A DNA stretch of 55,605 nt from Armatimonadota bacterium (GTDB lineage Bacteria > Armatimonadota > UBA10988): the NCBI GenBank assembly GCA_016235455.1, contig JACRKZ010000119.1:1-55605 (forward strand), read 5' to 3'. The number at the start of each line of letters is the position of its first letter. The stretch's first letter is position 1. The translations under genes and the position numbers were made by a program. Positions 18,875 to 27,711 of this stretch are shown here, in pieces. The notes under the pieces were generated by a model that was not told the origin of the DNA, searched no databases, and saw only the letters and a list, made by a program, of their open reading frames with translations.

Positions 18875-20314
18875 CTACAACTGCAAGGCAGGCAGCAACG
18901 GGTCATCGAAATCGTTGTCGATCAGCAGGTCCACCTGCGACCGGCCTTGGGCGAAGAACGCGTCGAAGTAGCGCTCCTTGATCTGCCAGCCACCCAGGCC
19001 CAGCAACTCCGACAGCCGAACCCGTGCCGTTGTCGCCTGGTCCACCGTGCGTACCGTCACGGGCGCCGACCACGTGCCGGCCGCTTTGAGCCGCGCGATG
19101 ATCTGCTCCAAATCGCCGTTGCCGGGCGACACGCCAACGTAGGACACGCCGTTGCTGCCCTGCTGGAAGTGGCGGGTGATCTCGCCCACGCTGTCCTCGA
19201 CCACGTTGCGGCCAGGGTAGCGCGCCGGGTCGCGGTCATAGAAGTACTCGTTGAACGCCAGCTTGCCCAGCCGCCGCGCATTGGCCACCAGCAGCGAGCC
19301 CGTGTAGCGCTGGTCGTAGTCGTGTGCGTCGTTCTGCTTGATGCCCCACACAACCGGGTTGTCCGCGTGGAAGGTGAAGCTGACCGACCCGCGCCGCTGC
19401 GCCATCGGGTCACCCACGTTGCCGTAATCGAGCACCAGCCGGTAGGGCTGCGTCAGGTTCGGCAGACCGGCCAGCGCCGCGGCCGCCGAGTCGACGAACT
19501 GCCTGGTCTTCAGGTCGCGGAAGCGGTACCAGTCGCGCCCGGCGGTACCGGCGAAGTCGCGCGGCGCGGGCACTTGGTCGAAGCGCGGGTGCCGAGTGCC
19601 CCAGGCGGCATTGAGTTTATCGATGCTGCCCTCGTAGCGGCCGGCCAGCCAGGCCCGGAACTCCGCGACAAAGGCCGGATGATAGTCTTCGAGGGTGTCA
19701 TGGGCGTAGGCGATCTCGGCCTCGCGCGTGACCAGCGGCGCGATGGCCAGGATCTGGCCGGCGTTCTGCTGGCGCGTGTAGCGCTGGCCCACCGCACGCA
19801 GGAAGCGCAGGGCCTCGACGAACCGCGGGCTGGCGAACGAGCAGCGCGTCGTGCCGTCCCAACAGGTGTCAGGCTGGCCATCGAGGTTCAGCACGCGGTC
19901 TTCGGCGCCAAAGAACAGGCCATCGGCGGGCCGGCGCAGGCAGACGGTCAGGATGACCCGCAGCCCCTTGGCCGCCGCGCGGTCCACGCAGTGGTCCAGC
20001 GCGGCCCAGTTGCCGCCACGCTCGGCCGAGGCCCGATCAGGCACAATCTCGTGCCACCAGACATTGATGCGCAGTGCGTTGAAGCCCAGGTTGGCCGCGT
20101 AGTCGATACGCGCATCCCAGTCTGCCTCGTCGAACCGGCCCCAGTTGAGCAGGTAGAGGTGACTGGCGATCTGCCAGCGCGTGGTGGCCAAGTCGTCGGC
20201 CGGCGCGGCGCTGACCAGCAGCGCCAACGGCAGGAGCCGGGTCAACCAAACAGGCGGGCTCACAGCGTCACCTCGCGCGACCATTCCCGGCCGGCTCGCG
20301 CCCACCTTCGCCAC
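18875..20314 (-). CDS. GH42/beta-galactosidase-like TIM-barrel glycosidase
   Basis: LGFNALRINVWWHEI, FRAWL..RYEGSIDKLNAAWGT..F..VP.P, DWYRFR; start uncertain. Confidence 0.65.
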   Translation of the reverse strand: MAKVGASRPGMVARGDAVSPPVWLTRLLPLALLVSAAPADDLATTRWQIASHLYLLNWGRFDEADWDARIDYAANLGFNALRINVWWHEIVPDRASAERGGNWAALDHCVDRAAAKGLRVILTVCLRRPADGLFFGAEDRVLNLDGQPDTCWDGTTRCSFASPRFVEALRFLRAVGQRYTRQQNAGQILAIAPLVTREAEIAYAHDTLEDYHPAFVAEFRAWLAGRYEGSIDKLNAAWGTRHPRFDQVPAPRDFAGTAGRDWYRFRDLKTRQFVDSAAAALAGLPNLTQPYRLVLDYGNVGDPMAQRRGSVSFTFHADNPVVWGIKQNDAHDYDQRYTGSLLVANARRLGKLAFNEYFYDRDPARYPGRNVVEDSVGEITRHFQQGSNGVSYVGVSPGNGDLEQIIARLKAAGTWSAPVTVRTVDQATTARVRLSELLGLGGWQIKERYFDAFFAQGRSQVDLLIDNDFDDPLLPALQL

Positions 20315-20318
20315 CAGC

Positions 20319-22445
20319 CTACTTCGCGCCCATCACCGTCACCAACCCCTCACCCACCGCCCGGCCCGCCAGGTAGTACGTCTCGGCGTTGTTGAACTCG
20401 TGCGCCGGCCAGCCGCCGGGCGACTCGGACTCCTTGCGCACGAAATCGTGGGTCGGCACGAACAGGACGCGGCCCTTGAGCTCGGGGTGCCGGGCCAGAT
20501 CACACGCCGCCGCCTGAGCACGGCGCAGGTCGCCCCATTCGCCGCCGACCTCGACCCACGGGCCGGTCAGCTCGCCGACGACGATGGGCAGGTCGGGCAC
20601 GCCCAGGTCGCGCCGCACGTCGCCGATCAGGTTGACCAGGTTCTTCTCATACTCCGGCACGGCGTTCTTGGGGTCGACCCCGTCGTTCCAGCCCTGCCAC
20701 CAGACCAACCCGGCCAGCTCGGCGCGGCGGCTGGCCAGCGCGGGGAAGTCGATGGGCATGGCACCTATCGCGCGTTCCACGGTCTCCAGCAGCAGTTTGT
20801 AGTTCGGGCCGACCTCACCACCGGAGCTGGGCGGGCGGAAATCCTTGTACAGACTCTTGCCGCCCCAGGCCGCCTTGACGACCAGTACCGGATCGGTCCA
20901 AGCATCGGCCAGCACCTGCCCACAGCCCAGCTCCAGGCCGAACAGGTCCTTGTTTGCGCCGTAGCCGACGGACAGCCCGCCACGCCGTTCGCCAAAGGTG
21001 ACGAAGACGTCGTCGCGCACCTTCCAGCGCGAGCGCGCCAGACCGGCATCGGACAGCCGGCGCACGGCGCCGGTGACGTCGAGCTTGGTGCCGTCCGGCA
21101 AATCGCCGTAAGCCGCGGAATCGATGATCACCGTGCCCGGCGCAGCGGCGATGCTGATGGCGCCGTTCTCGTCCACCGTCTTCGATTCGTGGCGGCCGGC
21201 GACCGTGTAGTCCACACGCAGGCGCTTGGGCACGCCCGGCGCCGGGTCGGTGAAGTTGGTGTTGCTGGCCTCGATGCTGATGGTGGTCAGCGGCTGCGGC
21301 TTGCCGTCGTCGCGCCAGGCCTTGACCAGCGCCGCCTTGGCCGGGTCGGCCAGCAGCGCGGTCAGCGTACCCGGCCGCTCTTTCCCGTCCTTGTCCATGG
21401 CGGCGATCGCGCCGTAGCCTTCCATGTTGGACTGGCCGACCAGGACGACCACCTTGACCGGCGGCCGGCGCGTGCCCGCCAGCAGATCCCACATGCCCCG
21501 ACCCAGTGCGTCGCCGATGAGGAAGTAGGTCTCGCCGTTCTTGAACTCGTGATAGCCCTCGCCCGTGGGCGACTCGGCCTCGGTGCGCACGTAGTCGCGC
21601 GTGGGCACGAAGCTGACGCTGTCGCGGAACTCGGGCTTGGCGGCCACTGATGACTGCGCGCGCCGCACGGCCAGCGCCGCGGGCTCGCGGCAGTCGGCGC
21701 CCCAGGGGCCAGTGAACTCGCCGATGACCACCGGCAGCCGGGGCGCCTTGAGGTCGCGCCGCACATCACGGATCAGGTTGGCCAGGTTCTGCTCGTACTC
21801 GGGCACGGCGTTCTTGGGGTCACAGAAGTCGTTCCACCCGTGCCACCAGACGAACCCCGACAGCTCGTAGCCGCCGCCATCGTAGGGCGGGAACTCGGCC
21901 TTGAGATTGCCCAGTACGCGGTTGACGGTGTCGATCATGAGCCGGTAGTACGCGCCCGTGGTGCCGCCGGAACTGGGCGGGCGGAAGTCGGTGTACAGGG
22001 CACGACCACCCCAGGCCGTCTTGATGATCAGGATCCGGTCCGTGATGTGCTGCTTCAGGACATGACCCAGTTGCAGTTCCGGCCCGAACCACTCCTTGTT
22101 GCCCAGGTTCCAGCCGTAGCCGAAGCCCAGGTTGCCCTTGGTGTTGCCGAACTCGTTGATGTCCCACACCCACACGTCGTCGCGCTCGACCCACTTGCCG
22201 TCGGGCGTGCGCAGGTGCCTGATCAGCGGCGCCTTGGCGGGGTCGGCCAGCATGGCCGTGAGGGTGCCGGGCTTCTCGCGGCCAGCGGCATCTTTGGCCG
22301 TGACCAAGCCCTGGCCCTGCATGTTGGACTGGCCGGCGAGGAGGAAGACCTTCAGCGTGCCGGCTTGCACCAGGCCCGGCAGCAGCGCCGTCAGCACCCA
22401 ACCCAGCCAACGACCAGACAGCGTACGACGACGGCGGACAACCAT
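20319..22445 (-). CDS. Tandem-duplicated SASA/SGNH carbohydrate acetylesterase with a 91-aa insert
   Basis: Two copies each of GQSNM, KxAWGG, DFRPPSSG, WWxGWND, HEFxNxETY. Confidence 0.85.
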   Translation of the reverse strand: MVVRRRRTLSGRWLGWVLTALLPGLVQAGTLKVFLLAGQSNMQGQGLVTAKDAAGREKPGTLTAMLADPAKAPLIRHLRTPDGKWVERDDVWVWDINEFGNTKGNLGFGYGWNLGNKEWFGPELQLGHVLKQHITDRILIIKTAWGGRALYTDFRPPSSGGTTGAYYRLMIDTVNRVLGNLKAEFPPYDGGGYELSGFVWWHGWNDFCDPKNAVPEYEQNLANLIRDVRRDLKAPRLPVVIGEFTGPWGADCREPAALAVRRAQSSVAAKPEFRDSVSFVPTRDYVRTEAESPTGEGYHEFKNGETYFLIGDALGRGMWDLLAGTRRPPVKVVVLVGQSNMEGYGAIAAMDKDGKERPGTLTALLADPAKAALVKAWRDDGKPQPLTTISIEASNTNFTDPAPGVPKRLRVDYTVAGRHESKTVDENGAISIAAAPGTVIIDSAAYGDLPDGTKLDVTGAVRRLSDAGLARSRWKVRDDVFVTFGERRGGLSVGYGANKDLFGLELGCGQVLADAWTDPVLVVKAAWGGKSLYKDFRPPSSGGEVGPNYKLLLETVERAIGAMPIDFPALASRRAELAGLVWWQGWNDGVDPKNAVPEYEKNLVNLIGDVRRDLGVPDLPIVVGELTGPWVEVGGEWGDLRRAQAAACDLARHPELKGRVLFVPTHDFVRKESESPGGWPAHEFNNAETYYLAGRAVGEGLVTVMGAK

Positions 22446-22544
22446 GCGAGGCTCCCTTGGCGCACGCGTGGGCGCGCGGGTCCATCGATCACGCGGCCAA
22501 GGGATTCGCGCGCGGCGGGGAGCTTCCTCCGCGCGCCGCGATGC

Positions 22545-23126
22545 CTACGTCGCCGGCAGACCCAACCTGCCCAGCACTTCGACGATCTCCGCGGCGACCT
22601 GCTCGGCCGGCCGCTTGCGACCCTCGCGCGACCACTGGCGGGCCACGCCGAACATGCCCCAGCTCAGCACGCAAGCCGCCGTGTCGGTACTGGAGGCAGA
22701 AGCGCTGCGTGGGCAGACGCGAGCCGCCAGCCAACGGCGCAGGTAGTCGTGCAGGGTCTCGCGAATGCTGGACTCGATGAGCGGGTCGAACTGGCGGTCG
22801 GCACGGCGCGAACTGCGGAACGTGCCGGCCACGAACTCCAGCATCGTCGCCGCCAGCCGCGGCATATCCTCGACGCCGAAGCGCTCGGCAGGCGGCAACT
22901 GCTCGGCCAGCACCTGCTCGAACGAGCCGACCACCGCCGCCTCGAGCAGCGCGTATTTGTCCTCGAAATGGTCATAGAAGGTGGCCCGATTGACGCCCGC
23001 CGCCGCCGCCACCTCCTGCACGGTGATGTGGCGGAAGCTCTTCTCCGCCACCAACTGCTCAAACGCCGCCACGAGCAGGCGCCGCGTACGCTTCACCCGC
23101 GGGTCTTCCAGATTCACCAGCGCCAT
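22545..23126 (-). CDS. TetR/AcrR family regulator
   Basis: DPRVKRTRRLL..ITVQEVAAAAGVNRATFYDHFEDKYALL. Confidence 0.93.
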   Translation of the reverse strand: MALVNLEDPRVKRTRRLLVAAFEQLVAEKSFRHITVQEVAAAAGVNRATFYDHFEDKYALLEAAVVGSFEQVLAEQLPPAERFGVEDMPRLAATMLEFVAGTFRSSRRADRQFDPLIESSIRETLHDYLRRWLAARVCPRSASASSTDTAACVLSWGMFGVARQWSREGRKRPAEQVAAEIVEVLGRLGLPAT

Positions 23127-23145
23127 CACCGACTCCGCCGTTTGG

Positions 23146-23196
23146 GCGACATTCGTCGCTTAGTGTTGGCTAGACAACGGTCCACAACACCTGTCG
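23146..23196. promoter_or_regulatory. Two candidate TetR operators (consensus CGACA-N2-TGTCG)
   Basis: GCGACATTCGTCGC at 23146-23159 and CAACACCTGTCG at 23185-23196 between divergent tetR and doxX. Confidence 0.5.
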
Positions 23197-23279
23197 CCTA
23201 ACAACCACGCTGAGAATCAGCATGGTGCAGGTACGCGGAACGGGCAACGGCCGTCGTGGAGCAAACGAGGGAGACCAAG

Positions 23280-23681
23280 ATGCAGGTGATAGAACTGGTA
23301 GGGCGCGTGCTGTTCGCGCTGATCTTCGTCAAGTCGGTGCCGGGCCACTTCACGGCCGGCACGATTGCCTTTGCCGCGGGTGCCGGCGTGCCGTTGGCCT
23401 CGGTCCTGGTCCCGTTCTCCGGCGTGCTGGCCGGCGTGGGCGGGCTCAGCGTGGCGCTGGGCTACTACGCCAAGGTTGGCGCGGCGCTGCTGGTGATGTT
23501 CCTCGTGCCCGTGACACTGATGATGCACGCCTACTGGGCCGCGCCCGATGCGCAGCGGCAGATGCAGTCCATCCAGTTCGTCAAAAACATGGCGCTGGTC
23601 GGCGGCGCGCTGATGATCATGGCCCACGGCGCGGGGCCGCTCAGCTTCGATGCCCGACGGCGAGGCCCGGCCAGCGTGTAA
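23280..23681 (+). CDS. DoxX family membrane protein
   Basis: GRVLFALIF, GGLSVALG, HAYW, FVKNMALVGGAL, GAGPLSFD. Confidence 0.92.
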   Translation: MQVIELVGRVLFALIFVKSVPGHFTAGTIAFAAGAGVPLASVLVPFSGVLAGVGGLSVALGYYAKVGAALLVMFLVPVTLMMHAYWAAPDAQRQMQSIQFVKNMALVGGALMIMAHGAGPLSFDARRRGPASV

Positions 23682-23730
23682 CCCAACGCGATGGAGCTGT
23701 CTCTGGGACCAGCGAGACGGAGACGACAGC

Positions 23731-25290
23731 ATGGTCGTGGTCGTAATGCTGGTCGCGGCGATGCTGCGCTCCTGGCTGCACTGGAAGACGCCTTACGTGC
23801 CGGGCATGAACGGCGGCTACTACCTGATCCAGGCCCGTTCACTGCTGGAGAAGGGGCACCTGGGCATACCCGACCTGCCCCTGACGTTCATGCTGCAGGC
23901 AGGTGTGGCCAGCCTCTTCGGCCACCTGGGTGTGGCACCCGAGCGCGCCATCATCCTGGCGGTGAAGCTGTGCGACAGCTTCCTGCCCGTGCTGCTGGCG
24001 CTACCGGTGTGGTGGCTGGCGCGCGAGTGGCTCCGCCAGGCCGGCCGCGACGAGCGGCTGGCCCTGGTGCCCGCGCTGCTGGTCACCTGCACCGCGCCGC
24101 CCATGAGCGTGGTCGGTGACTTCCAGAAGAACGCGCTGGCGCTCGTCTGGCTGGGTCTGCTGTTTGTCACGCTGCGCGACCGGCACACCTCCACCAGCCA
24201 CTGGCGTGGGCTGACCTCGCTGGTCTGCCTGGCGCTGGTCGGGCTGACGCACATCGGGGTGTTCGGCGCGGCGCTGGCCTACACGGGGGCGGTGTTCGTC
24301 GCCGAGACGGCCGTGCTGGCCGACGGCCGCGCGGGCCGGCGCCTGCTGTTCGCCGTGGCCGCCGCGCTGGTCGCCGTGGCCGTGGGCTCGGTGGTGCTGG
24401 CTCGATTCGACCCGCAGCGCGTGCATCGGCTGGTCTCCGCGCTGACCAGGCCCGCGGCGTTCCTCAGCGATGGTGATCGCGGTGCGCCCGGTGGCGGCGG
24501 GCTGCTGTGGCAACTGCTCGACCCCGCCCACTGGCTGGCCTCGCTGGCCTTCCTCGGCGTGGCCTGGCCGGCGGCCCGCACAGCCTGGCGGCGGCGCGAG
24601 AGCCTGCCGGCGGCGGACGTGATCCTGGTCCTGGGCCTGGCGGCGGGCACGGTGGCCATCACCGGCCCGTGGATCGCCGGCGACAAGACGGGGCGACTGG
24701 CGCTGATCGCCTTCGTGCCGACCGTGCTGCTGGCCACCTTCGCGCTGGTGCATCTGGCCAGCGAAAGGCGCTTGCGCCAAGTGGCGCTATTGGCCGCTGG
24801 CATTGGCTCGCTGACGGCGCTGCCCATGCTGCTGTTCTCTCCGGGGCCTCGCGCCGGCGCCCAGGGCATCGCCGAGATGGCCCAGGTCAAGCCGCTGATC
24901 ACCGACCCGGCCAACACCTTGGTGGTCGCTGGGCACGGCACCGAATGGTGGGTGGCGTGGGTGCTGCATACGCAGATTGCCCAGCCGTCGGCCCTGACGC
25001 CGGAGGTCTGGCAGCGCCACCGGACGGTGCTCTTCCTGGAGAACCGCAACGGTGGCCCCGGTGGACCGGGCGGGCCTGGTGGCCCCGGCGGACCGGGCGG
25101 CCCGCCACCACCACCGCCGCCGGGCCGTGGCAGGCCGGGTGGCCCACCCGGCGGTCCACCTGGCGGTCCGCCCAACGATAGCCACATGAACCTGCCCGAC
25201 CTGCCGGCCTCAACGCCGGTCATCTATCGGGGCCAGTGGCTGACGGTCTGGCGCGTCGACACACCGGTCAGCGCGCAGACCAACGAGTGA
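23731..25290 (+). CDS. Multi-pass membrane protein, possibly GT-C fold, with a Gly/Pro-rich insert
   Basis: About 11-12 TM helices; GMNGGYYLIQARSLL..PDLPL loop after TM1; GGAG RBS. Confidence 0.6.
   Translation: MVVVVMLVAAMLRSWLHWKTPYVPGMNGGYYLIQARSLLEKGHLGIPDLPLTFMLQAGVASLFGHLGVAPERAIILAVKLCDSFLPVLLALPVWWLAREWLRQAGRDERLALVPALLVTCTAPPMSVVGDFQKNALALVWLGLLFVTLRDRHTSTSHWRGLTSLVCLALVGLTHIGVFGAALAYTGAVFVAETAVLADGRAGRRLLFAVAAALVAVAVGSVVLARFDPQRVHRLVSALTRPAAFLSDGDRGAPGGGGLLWQLLDPAHWLASLAFLGVAWPAARTAWRRRESLPAADVILVLGLAAGTVAITGPWIAGDKTGRLALIAFVPTVLLATFALVHLASERRLRQVALLAAGIGSLTALPMLLFSPGPRAGAQGIAEMAQVKPLITDPANTLVVAGHGTEWWVAWVLHTQIAQPSALTPEVWQRHRTVLFLENRNGGPGGPGGPGGPGGPGGPPPPPPPGRGRPGGPPGGPPGGPPNDSHMNLPDLPASTPVIYRGQWLTVWRVDTPVSAQTNE
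25051..25173 (+). repeat. Coding low-complexity repeat (GGP)6-polyP-(GGPP)3
   Basis: Degenerate 9-bp and 12-bp units with varied third codon positions. Confidence 0.85.
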
Positions 25291-25305
25291 GCAAGGGAGA
25301 CGGTC

Positions 25306-26094
25306 GTGGATGCAATGAGAATGCCCGTGCTGTTCATTGGCCATGGCTCGCCGATGAACGCCATCGCCGACAACACCTGGAGCCGTGCCTTCGCGCGCCT
25401 GGCAGCGGAGTTGCCCACGCCAAAGGCCATTCTAGCGGTCTCGGCGCACTGGTTCGTGGACGGTGTGCAGACTACCGGTGACCATCGCCCCGAGACCATC
25501 CACGATTTCGGCGGGTTCCCCCAGGCGCTGTTCGACATGCGCTACCCGGCGCCCGGCAGTCCCGAACTGGCCCGGCAGGTGGTCGATCTGCTCGGCGCCG
25601 AGCGAGCCTCGGTCAGCCTGGACTGGGGGCTCGACCACGGCACCTGGTCGGTGCTGCACTGGCTGCGGCCCCAGGCCGATCTGCCCGTGGTGCAACTCAG
25701 CCTTGATCGGCGTCTGGCGCCAGGCGAGCACGTGGCCCTGGGCCGCGCGCTGGCGCCATTGCGCGACGAGGGCGTGCTGATCCTGGCCAGCGGCAACGTC
25801 ACCCACAACCTGCGTGACGCCATGGCCCGCGCGCGCCAGCCCGAGCCCGAGACGCCGCCCTGGGCCGCGTCCTTCGACGCCGATGTGGCTGCCGCCCTGG
25901 TCCAGCGCGACGCCGACTGGCTGGCCGCCGCGCTCGAGACCGAGGCGGGCCGCCATTCGCACCCGAGCCCCGACCACTACCTGCCGGTGCTCTACGCCGC
26001 GGCGGCCGCCGATGGGGTGGACGCGGTCACCTTCCCTGTGGCAGGCTTCGACCTGGGCTCGCTGTCGATGCGCGCCGCACTGTATGCCCCGTAG
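25306..26094 (+). CDS. ygiD: 4,5-DOPA extradiol dioxygenase (LigB family)
   Basis: PVLFIGHGSPMNAI, SAHW, TIHDFGGFP, WGLDHGTW, SGNVTHNL, HPSPDHYLP. Confidence 0.93.
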   Translation: MDAMRMPVLFIGHGSPMNAIADNTWSRAFARLAAELPTPKAILAVSAHWFVDGVQTTGDHRPETIHDFGGFPQALFDMRYPAPGSPELARQVVDLLGAERASVSLDWGLDHGTWSVLHWLRPQADLPVVQLSLDRRLAPGEHVALGRALAPLRDEGVLILASGNVTHNLRDAMARARQPEPETPPWAASFDADVAAALVQRDADWLAAALETEAGRHSHPSPDHYLPVLYAAAAADGVDAVTFPVAGFDLGSLSMRAALYAP

Positions 26095-26147
26095 GCCCGG
26101 CAGGGCCACGGGCTCATATGACGCCGTCACCGCAGGAGGCAGGGAGC

Positions 26148-27569
26148 ATGGCCGAGTGCACTCGTCGTGATGTGTTGCGGTCGCTGGGGCTGGGCGGCTT
26201 GACGCTGGCACTCGCCGGTCGCGTCGGCGGCCAGGCCGCTGTCGGCGGCCGCAAGCCGAACATCGTCATCCTCCTGGCCGACGACCTGGGCTGGGGCGAT
26301 GTAGGCTGCTACGGCGGACGAGACATCCCCACCCCCAATCTGGATGCCTTGGCCGCCTCGGGCGCACGCTTCACCAATGCCTACAGCAGCGGGCCGGTCT
26401 GCAGCCCGACGCGCGCGGGGCTGATGACAGGGCGCTACCAGCAGCGCTTCGGCTTCGACGCCAACGCCGAAGGCCAGGCCGCGCCCACCGATCGTGGGCC
26501 ACGTGCGCTGGACATCGCGCAGACCACCATCGCGCAACGCCTGCGGCAAGCCGGCTACGCCACCGGGCTGGTAGGCAAATGGCACCTGGGGCCCGATCCT
26601 GGCTACCTGCCCAACGATCGCGGGTTCGACGAGTTCTACGGCTACCTGCCCTACGGTCTGGCCGCCAAGGGACCGGGCGGCGGGCCGCTGCCCATCTACC
26701 GTGACAAGCAGCAGGTGGAGACGCCGGCCAACCACATGGCGCAGTTCGGCCGCGAGGCGCAGGCGTTCATTGAGCGGCACCAGGCTGCGCCGTTCTTCCT
26801 CTACCTGGCCTTCTCGGCAGTCCATGGGCCAATGGTTGGTCCCGAACCTTACTTGTCCAAATTCAAGGACATCGCACTGGCGCCGCGCCGCAAGTACGCC
26901 GCCGACCTGAACCAGCTCGACGACATCGTCGGCCAGGTGCTGGCCAAGATTGCCGCCCTCGGCTTGGCGGAGGACACGCTCGTCTTCTTCCTGGGCGACA
27001 ACGGCGGACCTGGCCGGCCGGCCGACAACGGCCCCCTGCGCGGCACCAAGTGGACGCTGTGGGAAGGCGGGATCCGCGTGCCATTCGCCGTGCGCTGGAA
27101 GGGCCGCATCCCCGCCGGGCAGACGCTCGATCAGCCCATCATCCAACTCGACATCGTCAACACGGCGCTGGCCGCCGCGGGCGCGGAGGTCAAGACCACC
27201 GACCTGCTGGACGGCGCCGACCTGCTGCCGCTGGTGGCGGGTAAGTCGCCTGCCGCGCCGCATGATGCGCTCTACTGGCGGTTCGGCGTGCAGTATGCCG
27301 TGCGCCAGGGCGACTGGAAACTGGTCAAGCCACACATCGACCAGCAGCCACACCTGTTCAACCTGGCCCAGGATATCGGCGAGTCGATCGACCTGGCCGC
27401 CAAGGAGCCCGCACGTGTGAAGGCCATGCAGGCCGTGTGGGATAGCTGGAATGCCCTGAACGAGCCACCGCGCTGGATAGACCGGCGCTGGAACGGCGAC
27501 GGGCCTGGCCCGGCCAAGCCGCCGGCGCGCCGGCCCGTGGCGCCGGCCGAGCTGGACAACGACCGCTGA
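26148..27569 (+). CDS. Arylsulfatase-like sulfatase, Tat-exported
   Basis: RRDVL, PNIVILLADDLG, CSPTRAGLMTGRY, GKWHLG, GDNGG, EGGIRVP. Confidence 0.93.
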   Translation: MAECTRRDVLRSLGLGGLTLALAGRVGGQAAVGGRKPNIVILLADDLGWGDVGCYGGRDIPTPNLDALAASGARFTNAYSSGPVCSPTRAGLMTGRYQQRFGFDANAEGQAAPTDRGPRALDIAQTTIAQRLRQAGYATGLVGKWHLGPDPGYLPNDRGFDEFYGYLPYGLAAKGPGGGPLPIYRDKQQVETPANHMAQFGREAQAFIERHQAAPFFLYLAFSAVHGPMVGPEPYLSKFKDIALAPRRKYAADLNQLDDIVGQVLAKIAALGLAEDTLVFFLGDNGGPGRPADNGPLRGTKWTLWEGGIRVPFAVRWKGRIPAGQTLDQPIIQLDIVNTALAAAGAEVKTTDLLDGADLLPLVAGKSPAAPHDALYWRFGVQYAVRQGDWKLVKPHIDQQPHLFNLAQDIGESIDLAAKEPARVKAMQAVWDSWNALNEPPRWIDRRWNGDGPGPAKPPARRPVAPAELDNDR

Positions 27570-27672
27570 GCAGAGCATCGCCGCGCAGCCGTTGGGCGTC
27601 CGATCAGGGCTTGACGGCGGAGCGTTCGCCCCGCGCCAGAGCCAACGCGGTTGGCCACGCCCGACGCCGCCT

Positions 27673-27701
27673 TTGCGCGCCGGCCGGCGTCGGTGTATCC
27701 T
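27673..27701 (+). promoter_or_regulatory. Putative promoter of the RND operon
   Basis: TTGCGC-N17-TATCCT just upstream of GTG 27712. Confidence 0.4.
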
Positions 27702-27711
27702 GACACCGAGG

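Noticed and set aside
23691-23731. Frameshift joining MELSLGPARRRR to the membrane protein
   Set aside because: ATG 23731 has its own GGAG RBS, so no frameshift is needed; cannot be fully excluded without reads
25051-25173. Collagen domain or CRISPR-like array
   Set aside because: Only six GGP triplets, in-frame within a CDS, with no spacers or cas genes
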